This document shows positions 35,981-48,516 of a stretch of DNA of 64,000 nucleotides, piece after piece. Numbering within the stretch: position 1 is the stretch's first letter; every line of letters begins with the position of its first letter. The notes beneath the pieces were generated by a model. The model had not been told where the DNA came from. It did not search any database and saw only the letters and a program-made list of their open reading frames with translations. The DNA comes from Botryllus schlosseri (taxonomy: Eukaryota), in contig CM119372.1 of the NCBI GenBank assembly GCA_051294905.1, positions 25,112,001 to 25,176,000 of the forward strand, read 5' to 3'. A program made the translations under genes and the position numbers.

Positions 35981-37276
35981 GATTACCAGAGAACCCGTCC
36001 CTTGGAGAACCCGTCCCTACCAACTCGGCCCTCGGAGAACCCGGCCCTTGGAGAACCCGGCCCTCGGGAAATTTTGCATATCAAGCACGCGTGGTCTACT
36101 TGTGGTATTCACGGTGTTTTTCGACTACTCTGGACCTCGGTGAATGCGGCCCTCGAACAATTTTAAATCAAAATGCAATAAATGTGTACCCGGCCCTCGG
36201 GAAATTTTGTATTCACCGGCAACCCTAACCCTAATATCCTACCCCAACCCTAATATCCCCCTCCCCCAACCCTAATATCCCACCTCCGGCAACCCTAATA
36301 TCCCACCCCCGGCAACCCTAATATCCCACCCCCGGCAACCCTAATATCCCACCTCCACCAACCCTAATATCCCACCTCCGGCAACCCTAATATCCCACCT
36401 CCACCAACCCTAATATCCCACCCCCGGCAACCCTAATATCCTAACCCTAACATCCTACCCCAACCCTAATATCCCCCTCCCCCAACCCTAATATCCCACC
36501 TCCGGCAACCCTAATATCCCACCCCCGGCAACCCTAATATCCCACCTCCACCAACCCTAATATCCCACCCCCGGCAACCCTAATATCCTAACCCTAACCC
36601 TAATATCCTACCCCAACCCTAATATCCCCCTCCCCCAACCCTAATATCCCACCTCCGGCAACCCTAATATCCCACCCCCGGCAACCCTAATATCCTAACC
36701 CTAACCCTAATATCCTACCCCAACCCTAATATCCCCCTCCCCCAACCCTAATATCCTACCTCCGGCAACCCTAATATCCCACCCCCGGCAACCCTAATAT
36801 CCCCCTCCCCCAACCCTAATATCCCACCTCCGGCAACCCTAATATCCCACCTCCACCAACCCTAATATCCCACCCCCGGCAACCCTAATATCCCACCTCC
36901 ACCAACCCTAATATCCCACCCCCGGCAACCCTAATATCCCACCCCCGGCAACCCTAATATCCCACCCCCGGCAACCCTAATATCGATATGTGAACGTCGC
37001 GTTCTCTCCCGCGCTTGGCGCTTGCGCAATCCGTGATCACGTGATCTGATCACGCCGTGACTGCGTTACCTACGCATGCCCTGACCTCCTTACAAGACCG
37101 ACAAATCAGTTGATAATAACATTATTACTTTATTAATTCATATTAATACTTGTGAATACACCTAATTTCTAAATTTCCCGAGAAATTCACCGAGGGACGG
37201 GTTCTCCAAGGGCCGGGTTCTCCGAGGGCCGAGTTGGTAGGGACGGGTTCTCCAAGGGACGGGTTCTCCGGCAACC
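35981..37276. mobile_element. TIR DNA element with ~85-bp modular inverted ends and internal telomere-like minisatellite
   Basis: Left end gattaccagagaacccgtcccttggagaacccg... is the reverse complement of right end ...cgggttctccaagggacgggttctccggcaacc. 8-bp TSD atagcgac (35973-35980, 37277-37284). Confidence 0.85.
36216..36984 (+). repeat. Telomere-like C-rich minisatellite (AACCCTAATATCC + variable spacer)
   Basis: About 35 units, mostly ~19-23 bp, with a constant aaccctaatatcc core and a small set of spacer variants (cacctccggc, cacccccggc, cacctccacc, ccctcccc, tacccc). Occasional (aaccct)2. Confidence 0.95.
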
Positions 37277-37365
37277 ATAGCGACTATTAGAGTTGCTTGA
37301 CTGTCCTCGGGAAACAAGTACCTTCATGAGCATAAAAATTGGTATTCATACAGATGGGTAATAGA

Positions 37366-38647
37366 CAGAGGTGGTCAGTAACGAAGTACTTCTACTTTTT
37401 CGAAGTACTCAAGTAGTTTTCCTCTACTTCTGGTACGTACTCAAGTAGATCTTGTTTTCGCTACTTCTACTTCTACTTCGTAATATTTTGTTACCTACTT
37501 ATTTACTTTTCGCTATTTTCAGTTTGTCAAGTAGAAGTAGTCTAATCCCCCAATGAGAAAGATAGCCTTAGGAATTTCGGGGCTGTTTTCACGTAGGACC
37601 AACATTTAATTTTCATAAATATCATGTAATATCCAAAAATTTTGTTGCGCTTCGCGCACAGTAGATATGGAGTGACAAATATGTTTTAACGAAAGTATCG
37701 CTGGAAAGAATTTAGATACCGGGTTGCGTGGTTCCGTTCACACCGCCTTGTCGCCTATATCAAATATTTCATCACAGTAAGTATGGTCCCCATAACGTAC
37801 GAAACTACCGTTTCCCAATTTAGCAATTACCTATTATACCTAGCAGCCCATGACGTGTCCTAATCTGGGAAAGTGGGCTTTGACGTTTTTTAACGTCAGA
37901 CCTGTTTTAGCAGACCACCGTTGAAACTTTCTGGACAAAAGACATGAAATATGTTTTCTGCTTTTCAGAAGTAGTATTTGTATTTTTCTTTCAATTACGA
38001 GTACTACAAGTTGACTTCTAATTAAAGTTTCAGTTCTTTTGTCTGGAGAACATATATGTTGAAGTATAAAAGCAAGTGTAGTAATGCCTTATATTTTCCG
38101 AAAATAAAGCTATACGCACCATGGCATTTTTACGATCTGCCATATTTTTAATTAACGTATACTAATGGCCCAAAGTGTTAAAGCCGCATCCGTCACAACT
38201 TCTCTGTATTGCTCTTCGACTGAACTATACAGGGGCCTTATAATATGGGGGAGGGCGCCCCGCCATGATATTCTCCAAATCGGGGTGTTCGAGTAAACAA
38301 AGGATTAGTATCGCATTTCCATATCAATACTCTCATTTACATCCCATGATGTGAACGACTGCTTATTCCTTTAAAAATTGACGCCCCCTGGGATGCATCA
38401 ATATGAATCACGCTCTCTACACCTTCCGCATAGCTCCATTTGCAGTTTTTGACAGTCCATGACAAGGAATTACCATTGTTTTCACAACTACTTACTTACT
38501 TGAGTAGATTTAAAGTCAGTCAATTCTACTTCTACTTGACGTAGTTCTAGGTTGCTTATGAAAAAAGTACTTCTACTCGTACTTGAGTAGATTTTTTCGT
38601 CGCTACTTCTGCTTGAGTAGCTTTCTTGACTACTTTGACTACCTCTG
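37366..38647. mobile_element. 1.28-kb CAGAGGTGGTCA hAT-type non-autonomous element
   Basis: TIRs cagaggtggtca...tgactacctctg; TSD gtaataga. Empty site in the paralogous copy at ~44765-44775. Confidence 0.92.
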
Positions 38648-39306
38648 GTAATAGACAGCCCTACGTTAAAAAGTACTTTGAAGCTGTTTTCATTAGGACA
38701 ATCTGAAAATACCTGCAATAGGGCAGTGGTATGTGGCCCCATTCTATGATTAAACTGATTCTACCAATAGGCTACCTTAAAGATTCACCATCGTTTTTAT
38801 ACATATAAAGTCAGACCAGTCATAATGCCAACTTCAACATCAAATTAAATTGAACCAAAAAATTCAAACGGGCTAGTTTGCAGCACCTTAAAAAGCCCAG
38901 AGGAAGAGTGAGCCGAGCTCCGAAGTCGGCAGCAGAGACTTGCAATTAGACGCATGTAATCGAGAGCGAATGGAAGATTAGGAGTGCGCGAGCATGCAAG
39001 TCGTCCCCGGTATACAAAAGCAAAGAAACTGAACTATACGAATGCATTGTCGTGGCGCACAAGGCCTAAACAGGCGATGAGCGCAACTGTCGTTGTCGTG
39101 TCATATTCACCATCGTTTTTGTTCATATAAAGTCAGACCAGTCAAAATGCCAATTTCAACATCAAATTAAATTAAACCAAAAAATACCAACGGGCTGGTT
39201 TGCCAAATACCAATCTCCGAAAACAACAAATGCATCGTGCCATACACAAACAAACACATCAACACCTTGAAACAATTAGGCAAATTCATTGTGGATTACC
39301 TTAAAC

Positions 39307-40510
39307 CAGAGGTCTCAAACACGCGGCCCGCATGCGGCCCGCCAGAGCATTTTGTGCGGCCCGTGACGACATTTTAGATTTTTATTAATTCGACAATATA
39401 TACTTATAAGTGTCACATATATATCTTTTCAGGTTATAAAGTGAAAAGTCCCTCTTAAATTGATCCGAAACCCTTAAACTTACCATCAAACTTCACTATC
39501 ATATCAATTGCAAACGCTACCATGCAGTGGAAGATTCACTGTTTCGCCACATTTCCAATTCATGATGACAAAACCTGATACTTACACGATTCGGGACTGA
39601 AATTTGTGAGTTGGACTTGGATGCGACCTTTCTTAGAATTACTCAGACTCAGGCTAACTCGATGGCAAAATGAAAATGACTCGAGTGGACTTGGAGTGAC
39701 TCGGAATGCCATAAATTTGTTAGAACCATGGACGCAACTAACTATAAGGGGAATAGTAATAGATCAGAAGGTCGCAGCTTGGTATTTCGCTAACTAGAAG
39801 CAAGTAGTTATGGCAACCATTGGCAATCTGTTCGTTTGATCTTTCGTCGCTAGACCATGTTATTAAGGCGACTTAAAGGCACCGAGTACCGTAGGGGTAC
39901 GCTCCAACGATGTAATGGCAATGGGCCGTTCGGCGTTCCGACATTTCAATCGCTAGGACACATTCATTAATACCTTTATATTATATTTCTATTTTTTCTG
40001 CTCCTATATTTGAAGATATTTGGCCATGAGATTAATAGCCTACTTATCAGAAATATACCAGAATCCTGGATTGGAATTACAATCATCAACTTGAAAATGT
40101 TTTGATATCAGATCAGTCTCAATTATCAATCTGGTAGATTCAAAATATTCATAGTAGCTGAGAATTATAACCCGATAGCTTTTATGATGGCATCATACAT
40201 TTGTCCGCCCATATGGTGTCTAAATCTTATAATGATTATACATCAAGTACAACAACAATTCTATTCAAATAGTTATAAATGTGATGATTCTTTTCGTGCC
40301 AGGCCTAAATTGATACAAGAGTAAATCACATTTTGACGATGTGTGTTTACAGTCAGTCTGCTGGATCGGCTCACTTTCAATAGGACAATTCATTCCCGCC
40401 AAATAAGGCCTACTTGGAAAGACATAGAATACCCCTATAAATGCTGTGGCCTGAGGCGTCGTCAAAACTGGAAAATTGGCCCGCAAGCACATTTGAGTTT
40501 GAGACCTCTG
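39307..40510. mobile_element. Charlie-like hAT non-autonomous element
   Basis: TIRs cagaggtctcaaac...gtttgagacctctg; TSD ccttaaac; gcggcccg subterminal motifs. Empty site in the paralog at ~45421-45428. Confidence 0.92.
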
Positions 40511-40841
40511 CCTTAAACCATGTGTCGTAAAGCAGAAGATGCTTCGCTACTTTTCCCAAATAACGAGATTGCAGTTGTATATCAATCCACCCACAATTTG
40601 AAACACGGGACGGGTAATGTCATAAACAAATGTGCACAAAACTTATAGTCGGGACGGAATAACACAACTGACGCATGTAACACCAATAAGACAGCCTTCA
40701 TAACCACAAAAACAGAATCAGGCTTGACACAAATTGTGACTGAAAAAAGAAAATTGCCATGCTCAGTAAAATGTGAAATCACGGACAAAACTACAACTTG
40801 GATTCCTGGCAGGGCACTTGTCTCAGATTTCCCAGAACCGA

Positions 40842-42746
40842 TTATCGGCCCTGCAATAATTCTGATACCAATGGATCAAATATGTGCTTCATTGAGCCTG
40901 CATTACGAATGCGGTGTGACATTGAATTGTGATATGCGGTCAAATGTCGTACATCAGATAACTTTAATAATAGCTTTGGAAATAAGTACGGATCCTGTGG
41001 ATGATTGAATTTTATCAGAGATTCAAGTGCAAATACAACATTGGTTTGAAGTTCTTCAACTTTGTCCGGACATTTCAAATCTGGTCGGTCACGGGATAAT
41101 ATCACAACAGATGTGACAACTGCAAGTTCCTCATCAGTGAGACCCATATTAGCAATTGTTTCTGCGAATCTAAATTGGGATAGAAGAAATTCGCCAATAT
41201 AGTCTAATTTTTTCATAAAATCAAAAGTTACGTATGCGTAAATTGCTGGAATAATAGCGCCATTGAAAAAAACAGTGCACGGCAAAAGGAATGGAATCAC
41301 CTCGAAGCAGGCAAATTTAAGTAAAATGACTTGATCATCGAAGGGTAATTGCGTAAATCCAGGGATGTGTTTTGAGAATTGCGATAGCTCGCCGACAAAT
41401 TTTGCAATTCGTTGTTGTGTCGCTTGATAGTAGTATCTCATTAGTTCTATTACATAGCTGTGATTCTGGGTGCTGGTGACAATAACTGGATGAATATTTT
41501 CCTTTCTGGATTTTTTCAAAATACTCATTAATTCTGATTCAGCTCTTCCTAATTCATGTTCTATGCGTGAGTGGACGTGCATATCGCGCATGAAGTAATT
41601 GAAAGACTTTAATAAAGACATGCCATGCTCTGTTGCATGAAGTTCTATGTCTGATTCTGTGATGCCAGCATGTCGAAATCCAGTTCCAATCTCCGGAACA
41701 TGTTTCAGCAAAAACGCTATTTTGTCAATGGTGACTTTCTGCTGCTGTACACATTCCTCCGAGTCAGCAGTCTGTTTGACAGATGCCAAACTAGATTCCA
41801 TAAAAAAATCAGCATTCTTATCCTTCTCCAATAGCTGAATGATGTCTTTGAAATTCGCGGCGCTTGAAATATCAGTATTGAAACTGTCAAGAGATTGGAA
41901 AATATTACATTTCGTAAGGCAATGCCTGGCAGAAGAGCAGGTAGAACCACTCGTTCCAGAAGCAGAGGATGTGGAAGGACATTCTTCGTTCACTTGATTA
42001 TCAGGGTGCATAGACAAAAGGTCTTCTATAGACTCTATCATAGACAGCTGTGAGTCGGGTTGTGTTCGGTTATCCCATAACCTCTTCATTGCAGCATTTG
42101 TCACTGTTAATTTATTATAGGCAGGTAAAAGAATACCAGTTAGCTTTTTGTACCTCTCTTCTATCTGGACGCTCGCTTGGGACAGATGTTGAGGTAGCTC
42201 TTCGTTGATTTTACTTATGATTTTTTTCTTCTCAACCTTGGTCATTCTACCGAAACGAATAGCATTGTGGGACATGCCGAGTTTGGTGCACTTTTTATAT
42301 CGGCAATACTGACATTTATTCCGGCTTTTGGTAGTTATACGACAATCACTCGAGCACTCCTCGTATTCCAATTTCATTCTAACTGTCCTACGAAAGAAAC
42401 CTTTGCAGCCTTCGCAGGCGTGCACTCCGTAATGAAATCCAGATGCACGATCGCCGCAAATTGAACATTTAATGCCAAGTTCTGACGATTTCCATTCATA
42501 TTTCGGCTTTCTCTTCCTATTTTGCAGTGACGATGATGTTGACTGCGCTAGCTCCGGAGATATGAGGGTTGTCATTACGTTGACGACAGAGGATTGTGAC
42601 ACGACGTTGCAAGCATCTTTTGTAGCCATACCACTTATTCTTATCTGAGAAAAAATTTGCCACCTGCAAAAATCATTGTGCCATATCGTCTCACTTATCA
42701 GCTGCCGCAAATTGTTTTTTTTTTTGGGAAAAGGCTTTGCAACCAT
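40842..42746 (-). CDS. PPAR: PPAR-like nuclear receptor (NR1C), intronless ORF; likely start Met at 42629 (595 aa)
   Basis: [31 protein letters not shown] with the PPAR-type 3-residue D-box (C-SSD-C), RNKCQYCR and [23 protein letters not shown]...DQVILLK...DRPDL...[13 protein letters not shown]...PLVSELL. An acceptor-like ttttttctcag lies 15 nt before ATG 42629. Confidence 0.93.
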   Translation of the reverse strand: MVAKPFPKKKNNLRQLISETIWHNDFCRWQIFSQIRISGMATKDACNVVSQSSVVNVMTTLISPELAQSTSSSLQNRKRKPKYEWKSSELGIKCSICGDRASGFHYGVHACEGCKGFFRRTVRMKLEYEECSSDCRITTKSRNKCQYCRYKKCTKLGMSHNAIRFGRMTKVEKKKIISKINEELPQHLSQASVQIEERYKKLTGILLPAYNKLTVTNAAMKRLWDNRTQPDSQLSMIESIEDLLSMHPDNQVNEECPSTSSASGTSGSTCSSARHCLTKCNIFQSLDSFNTDISSAANFKDIIQLLEKDKNADFFMESSLASVKQTADSEECVQQQKVTIDKIAFLLKHVPEIGTGFRHAGITESDIELHATEHGMSLLKSFNYFMRDMHVHSRIEHELGRAESELMSILKKSRKENIHPVIVTSTQNHSYVIELMRYYYQATQQRIAKFVGELSQFSKHIPGFTQLPFDDQVILLKFACFEVIPFLLPCTVFFNGAIIPAIYAYVTFDFMKKLDYIGEFLLSQFRFAETIANMGLTDEELAVVTSVVILSRDRPDLKCPDKVEELQTNVVFALESLIKFNHPQDPYLFPKLLLKLSDVRHLTAYHNSMSHRIRNAGSMKHIFDPLVSELLQGR

Positions 42747-45700
42747 ACATTAAGCAACAACAAAGTGCGTCACTATCATTTTGTTAATTTGGTTATAGTC
42801 CATAGAAGCATATTTTTGGTGACATTAATTTACTGTTCAGCAGTGCGTTGTCACACTCACAGGTACACTCAGTGATGTTGGTTTGGGCTTTTATTATATC
42901 GAGTAAAGGGTGATTAAAGATAGGCTTTAGTATTTGATTGTACCAGGGGATTTTCAACGTATTCCTGGTGACTTTTCCAATTTAGTGCATGTGGCCAGTT
43001 GTCTCTTTTTAGACAACAGAAGGGTATAGTAAATCCATTGTATTGTGATGAGCACCTTTCTTCCAACATTGCTCTGTTGTTCGCCTACATGGCAATTATA
43101 GGCCATACTGGAAACCGATTTTCCAGAGTTGCAAGATTGCTAATCTGGAATTAACATCTGAATTACTTAAAAGCAGTGCTTCTCAACATTTCTGCAGAGG
43201 ATAAGGTAATAACGGACGTTTCTTCAGTAGAAGCAGTTTTTAGCCATCAAGTACAGGTTCTCATTGCCTGGTAATGACAAATTTCTTTCAAGTGGGAAAG
43301 ATTTTATGGGTAACTGGTGATTGCCAACTTGGCAAGATGCATTCTGCTACTAACACAAAATAACTAATACTGCTGGTTAAATGAGTGTGATCTCTATAGA
43401 TATATTCCATGATTAGCCTATACCGTTTCGATGTTATGACTAATGCACTGATTAAAATAATAATAAATTATAAAGTTTTCTAAACAACATTCTAGTAAGC
43501 AGAACATACTGACTAACTAATTCATGAATAAATGCTGAAGTTGAAGTGGAAACACAGTCTAAAATGTAATTCGCTGAAGCAGTGAAAATGGAAAACAGCT
43601 ACTCCAATCCAATTTGCCCTAAATTAGATTGCAATCAAACATTTGGACTTGACATTACATATCATATTTAGTCCACAGGATCTACTGCCATCACCTCAAT
43701 TATCGTTGAATGTTGCAGAATGCGTTATATCCTGGGGCAATATCATTTAGCTTAATGTAACATATGAACAGTATACACATCACATACCGTGAGGCAAAAA
43801 ACAGCCCACTAATAATGATGTTAATAATAATAATTTGGGGTTAACTTTTACAGGCAACAATCATAAATATTTTTCGACCCTAATTCGGCTCATGATCCAC
43901 TATTTGAGGATCCATACTCTGGGCCATAATAACTATCTGATGCCACCCGGCACTAATAAAATACGGTCTCTATTTCAAGAATATAATAACATCAAATAAA
44001 TAAATAAATTTTAAATCTAATAAAGAAATTCCAATGCTGCTATGAAATTTTTTGAGCAGTAGCAGAAAGGTAGCAATAATGGGATTTGACCGATGAACTA
44101 ATCCCTCCCGCAATAAGCATATCAAGCAGGCCTCAAGTCTGACGAGTGCAACCATTGTAAACCTCATAAATGAAAACACAATATCTCAAATAGGCCTATA
44201 GGATGGACATACCCCATCCGCATAAATCCAATACCTGAGTGGCTAGAAGTAGTCATCTGGTTTCAGCTAAAATTGAACGAATAAAATTAATGTTTCGTGT
44301 ATGTTCCATAGTACGGTGCACCGACGTGAAAAAGGTTCCTCTATCGATTGTATCGGAAGCATGTAATCACATCCCGATTAGTGTGGTATAGATCTGCATA
44401 AATATACATACATACACTAAGCTAGAGGGAAAATGCATCCACGTTGAATCATGCACAGAGGTCCAATCAATTACTGGAAAACAATCAATACACCACATGG
44501 TACAGTCAAAATCAGATTATAACTAGGATCGAGTGAATTAATGTTTCTGCACGAACTAAACTGTTAGCGATTCTAATTTATTTCTACACTGTGCAACATT
44601 GACCAATGAATGACATTGGGATTGATATATTGGTGAATAGGCAGGTACAAGTACTAGTCCATGTTTTGAAAAATCACTAACAGTTTAGTAGAACCCGTCT
44701 GCTAGACTGTCCTCGGGAAACAAGTATCTTGTTGAGCATAAAAAATTGGTATTCATACAGTTAGGTCATAGACAGCCATACGTTAAGGAGTACTTTGAAG
44801 CTGTTTACAATATGCTAATCGGAAAATTCCGGCAATAGGGCAGTGGTATGTGGCCTCATTTTACGATTAAACTGATTCTACCAATAGCCAAAATTGAAGA
44901 TTCACCATCGTTTTTGTTCATATAAAGTAAGACCAGTCAAGATGCCGATTTCAACATCAAATTAAATTAATCCAAAAATTCAAACGGGATGGTTTGCAGC
45001 ATCTTGAAAAGGCCCAGAGAAAGAGTGAGCCGAGCTCCGAAGTCGGCAGCAGAGACCTGCAATTAGACGCATGTAATCGAAAGCGAATGGAAGATTAAGA
45101 GTGCGCGAGCATGCAAGTCGTCCCCGGTATACAACAGCAAAGAAACTGAACTATACGAATGCATTGTCGTGGTTCACCAGGCCTAAACAGGCGATGAGCG
45201 CAACTGTCGTTGTCGTGTCAAATTCACCATCGTTTTTGTTCATATAAAGTCAGACCAGTCAAAATGCCAATTTCAACATCAAATTAAATTAAACCAAAAA
45301 ATACCAACGGGCTGGTTTGCCAAATACCAATCTCCAAAAACAACAAACGCATCGTGCCATATACAAGCAAACACATCAACACCTTATTATGAAACAATTA
45401 GGCAAATTCATTGAGGATTACCTTAAACCATGTGTCGTAAAGCAGAAGAGGCTTCGCTACTTTTCCCAAATAACGAGATTGCAGTTATATATCAATCCAT
45501 CAACAATTTGAAACACGGGACCGGGTAATGTCATAAATAAATGTACACAAAACTAGTCGGGACGGAATAACACAACCGACGCATGTAACACCGATGAAAC
45601 AGCCTTCCAATTAACCACAAAAAAAAAAAAACAGAATCAGGCTTGACACAAATTGGGACTGAAAAAGGAAATTGCCATGCTCTGGAAAATGTGAAATCAC

Positions 45701-45759
45701 GGACAAAACTACAACTTAGATTCCTGTCAGGGCACTTGTCTCAGATTTCCCAGAACCGA

Positions 45760-47989
45760 TTATCGGCCCTGCAATAATTCTGATCCCAATGGATCAAATA
45801 GGGGGGAGATAGCGTAGTGGTGACGATAAGTGCCTACCAAGCAGGCGGACCCGGTTCGATTCCCGTCGGAGGTTCATTTGGGCTTCTCTTCCCCCGCTGC
45901 CCAGAAAAAGACCCGAAGAAAGAAAGCACTCACAAAGAATGGAAAGAACTAATGGAAAGGCTTCAAAAAAGATCAACATCGAAAAAGAACTGTGACATCG
46001 GGCACTCTAGGCCGAGGTGGATGTTTGAGTAAAGGATCGCTACTGATGCGTGTCGTTCGACATCCTCCTATCTGTTAGTTACATTGCATTGTGTCTTATC
46101 GCATTGTACATTGTATGTGTAGCTTGTTCAGATGAAAATTATAACCCAATGTATTGTATTGTATTGTAGGTGTTTCATTGAGCCTGCATTACGAATACGG
46201 TGTGACATTGAATTGTGATATGCGGTCAAATGTCGTACATCAGATAACTTTATTATTAGCTTTGGAAATAAGAACGGATCCTGTGGATGATTGCATTTTA
46301 TCAGAGATTCAAGTGCTAATACAACATTAGTTTGAAGTTCTTCAACTTTGTCCGGACATTTCAAATCTGGTCGGTCACGGATAATATCACAACAGATGTG
46401 ACAACCGCAAGTTCCTCATCAGTGAGACCCATATTAGCAATTATTTCTGCGAATCTAAATTGGGATAGAAGAAATTCGCCAATATAGTCTAATTTTTTCA
46501 TGAAATCTAAAGTTACGTATGCGTAAATTGCTGGAATAACAGCGCCATTGAAAAAAACAGTGCACGACAAAAGGAATGGAATCACCTCGAAGCAGGCAAA
46601 TTCAAGCAAAATGACTTAATCATCCAAGGGTAATTGCGTAAATCCAGGGATGTGTTTTGAGAATTGCGATAGCTCGCCGACAAATTTTGCAATTCGTTGT
46701 TGTGTCGCTTGATAGAAGTATCTCATTAGTTCTATTCTATAGCTGTGATTCTGGGTGCTGGAGACTATGACAAGATGAATATTATCCCTTCTGGATTTTT
46801 TCAAAATACCCATTACTACTGATTCAGCTCTTCCTAATTCAAGTTCTATGCGTGAGTGGACGTGCATATCGTGCATGATGCAAATGAAAGACTTGAGTAA
46901 ACACATGCCATGCTCTGTTGCATGAAGTTCTATGTCTGATTCTGTGATGCCAGCATGTCGAAATCCAGTTCCAATCTCCGGAACATGCTTCAGCAAAAAC
47001 GCTATTTTCTCGATGGTGACTTTCTGCTGCTGTACACATTCCTCCGAGTCAGCAGTCTGTTTGACAGACCCCAAACTAGATTCCATAAAAAATCAGCATT
47101 CTTATCCTTCTCCAATAGCTGAATGATGACTTTGAAATTCGCGGCGCTTGAAATATCAGTATTGAAACTGTCAAGAGATTGGAAAATATTACATTTCGTA
47201 AGGTAATGCCTGACAGAAGAACTGGTAGAACCACTCGTTCCAGAAGCAGAGGATGTGGAAGGACATTCTTCGTTCACCTGATTATCAGGGTGCAGAGACA
47301 AAAGGTCTTCTATAGATTCTATCATAGACAGCTGTGGGTCGGGTTGTGTTCGGCCCATAACCCATTGCAGCATTTGTCACTGTTAATTTATTATAGGCAG
47401 GTAAAAGAATACCAGCTAGCTTTTTGTACCTCTCTTCTATCTGGACGCTCGCTTGGGACAGATGTTGAGGTAGCTCTTCGTTGATTTTACTTATGATTTT
47501 TTTCTTCTCAACCTTGGTCATTCTACCGAAACGAATAGCATTGTGGGACATGCCGAGTTTGGTGCACTTTTTATATCGGCAATACTGACATTTATTCCGG
47601 CTTTTGGTAGTTATACGACAATCACTCGAGCACTCCTCGTATTGCAATTTCATTCTAACTGTCCTACGAAAGAAACCTTTGCAGCCTTCGCAGGCGTGCA
47701 CTCCGTAATGAAATCCAGATGCACGATCGCCGCAAATTGAACATTTAATGCCAAGTTCTGACGATTTCCATTCATATTTCGGCTTTCTCTTCCCATTTTG
47801 CAGTGACTATGATGTTGGCTTCGCTATAGCTCCGGAGATATGAGGGTTGTCATTACGTTGACGACAGAGGATTGTGACACGACGTTGCAGGCATTATCTC
47901 AAAAAAATTTGCCACCTGCAAAAATCATTGTGCCATATCGTCTCACTTATCAGCCACCGCAATTTTTTTGGAAAAGGCTATGCAACCAT
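45760..47989 (-). pseudogene. PPAR: PPAR-like pseudogene (duplicate of 40842-42746)
   Basis: 25-nt deletion removing the likely start ATG (~47894); +2 insertion creating TAG (~47826); deletions at ~47355-47365; -1 at ~47090; CAA>TAA at 46616-46618; -1 at ~46380; SINE insertion at 45801-46168. Confidence 0.95.
45801..46168 (+). mobile_element. tRNA-Gly-derived SINE
   Basis: A-box tagcgtagtgg and B-box ggttcgattccc. The head tagtggtgacgataagtgcctaccaagcag resembles tRNA-Gly(TCC). (gtatt)n tail; absent from the paralogous site at 40881. Confidence 0.85.
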
Positions 47990-48516
47990 TCATTAGCAGG
48001 CAACAACAAAGTGCCGTCGCTATCCTTCTGTTAATGTGGTTAATTGGTTATAGTCCATAGAAGCATAATTTTTGGTGACAATAATTTACTATTCAGCAGG
48101 ACGTTGTCAAACTCACGGGTACACTCAGTGATGTTGATTTGGGCTTTTATTATATGGAATAAAGGGTGATTAAAGATAGACTTTGGTATTTGATTGTACC
48201 AGGGGACTTTCAACGTATTGCTGGTGACTTGTCCAATTTTGTGCATCTGACCAGTAAATCCAGTAAAGGTAAATCCATTGTATTGTGATGACCACCTTTC
48301 TTCCAACATTGCTCTGTTATACGCCTATATGTATAGTTGCATTTAAAACAAACGGTGTTTTAAAACACTTTGTTTAAAACATGTTTGAAACAGTGTTTTA
48401 AACAAAGACCTTTAAAAAAATTGTGTTTTCTTCAAGGTAAAAAAAATTATGCCATAACTATATAATTACTTTCCTAAAACATGTTGTATGAGCCTACAGA
48501 CAGTTACTACCTGATT

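Noticed and set aside
36216..36984. CRISPR-like repeat-spacer array
   Set aside because: Spacers are only ~6-10 nt and are drawn from a few recurring variants. No cas genes, and the context is eukaryotic. It is a minisatellite.
36216..36984. True telomere or chromosome-fusion scar
   Set aside because: No long pure (TTAGGG)n run, only one orientation, and it is enclosed by TIRs and a TSD.
42630..42746. First 39 codons of the 634-aa PPAR ORF as real N-terminus
   Set aside because: The stretch includes a poly-A run and an acceptor-like tract before the second Met, so it is more likely intron or outron. Not certain.
45801..45875. Functional tRNA-Gly gene
   Set aside because: The acceptor stem does not pair convincingly. 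It continues into a ~300-bp body with a simple-repeat tail and is absent from the paralogous site, so it is a SINE head.
47285..47790. Pseudogene DBD expressed as a truncated protein
   Set aside because: The start ATG is deleted and the remaining upstream ATGs hit stops before the zinc fingers. The listed ORF starts at GTG inside finger 1.
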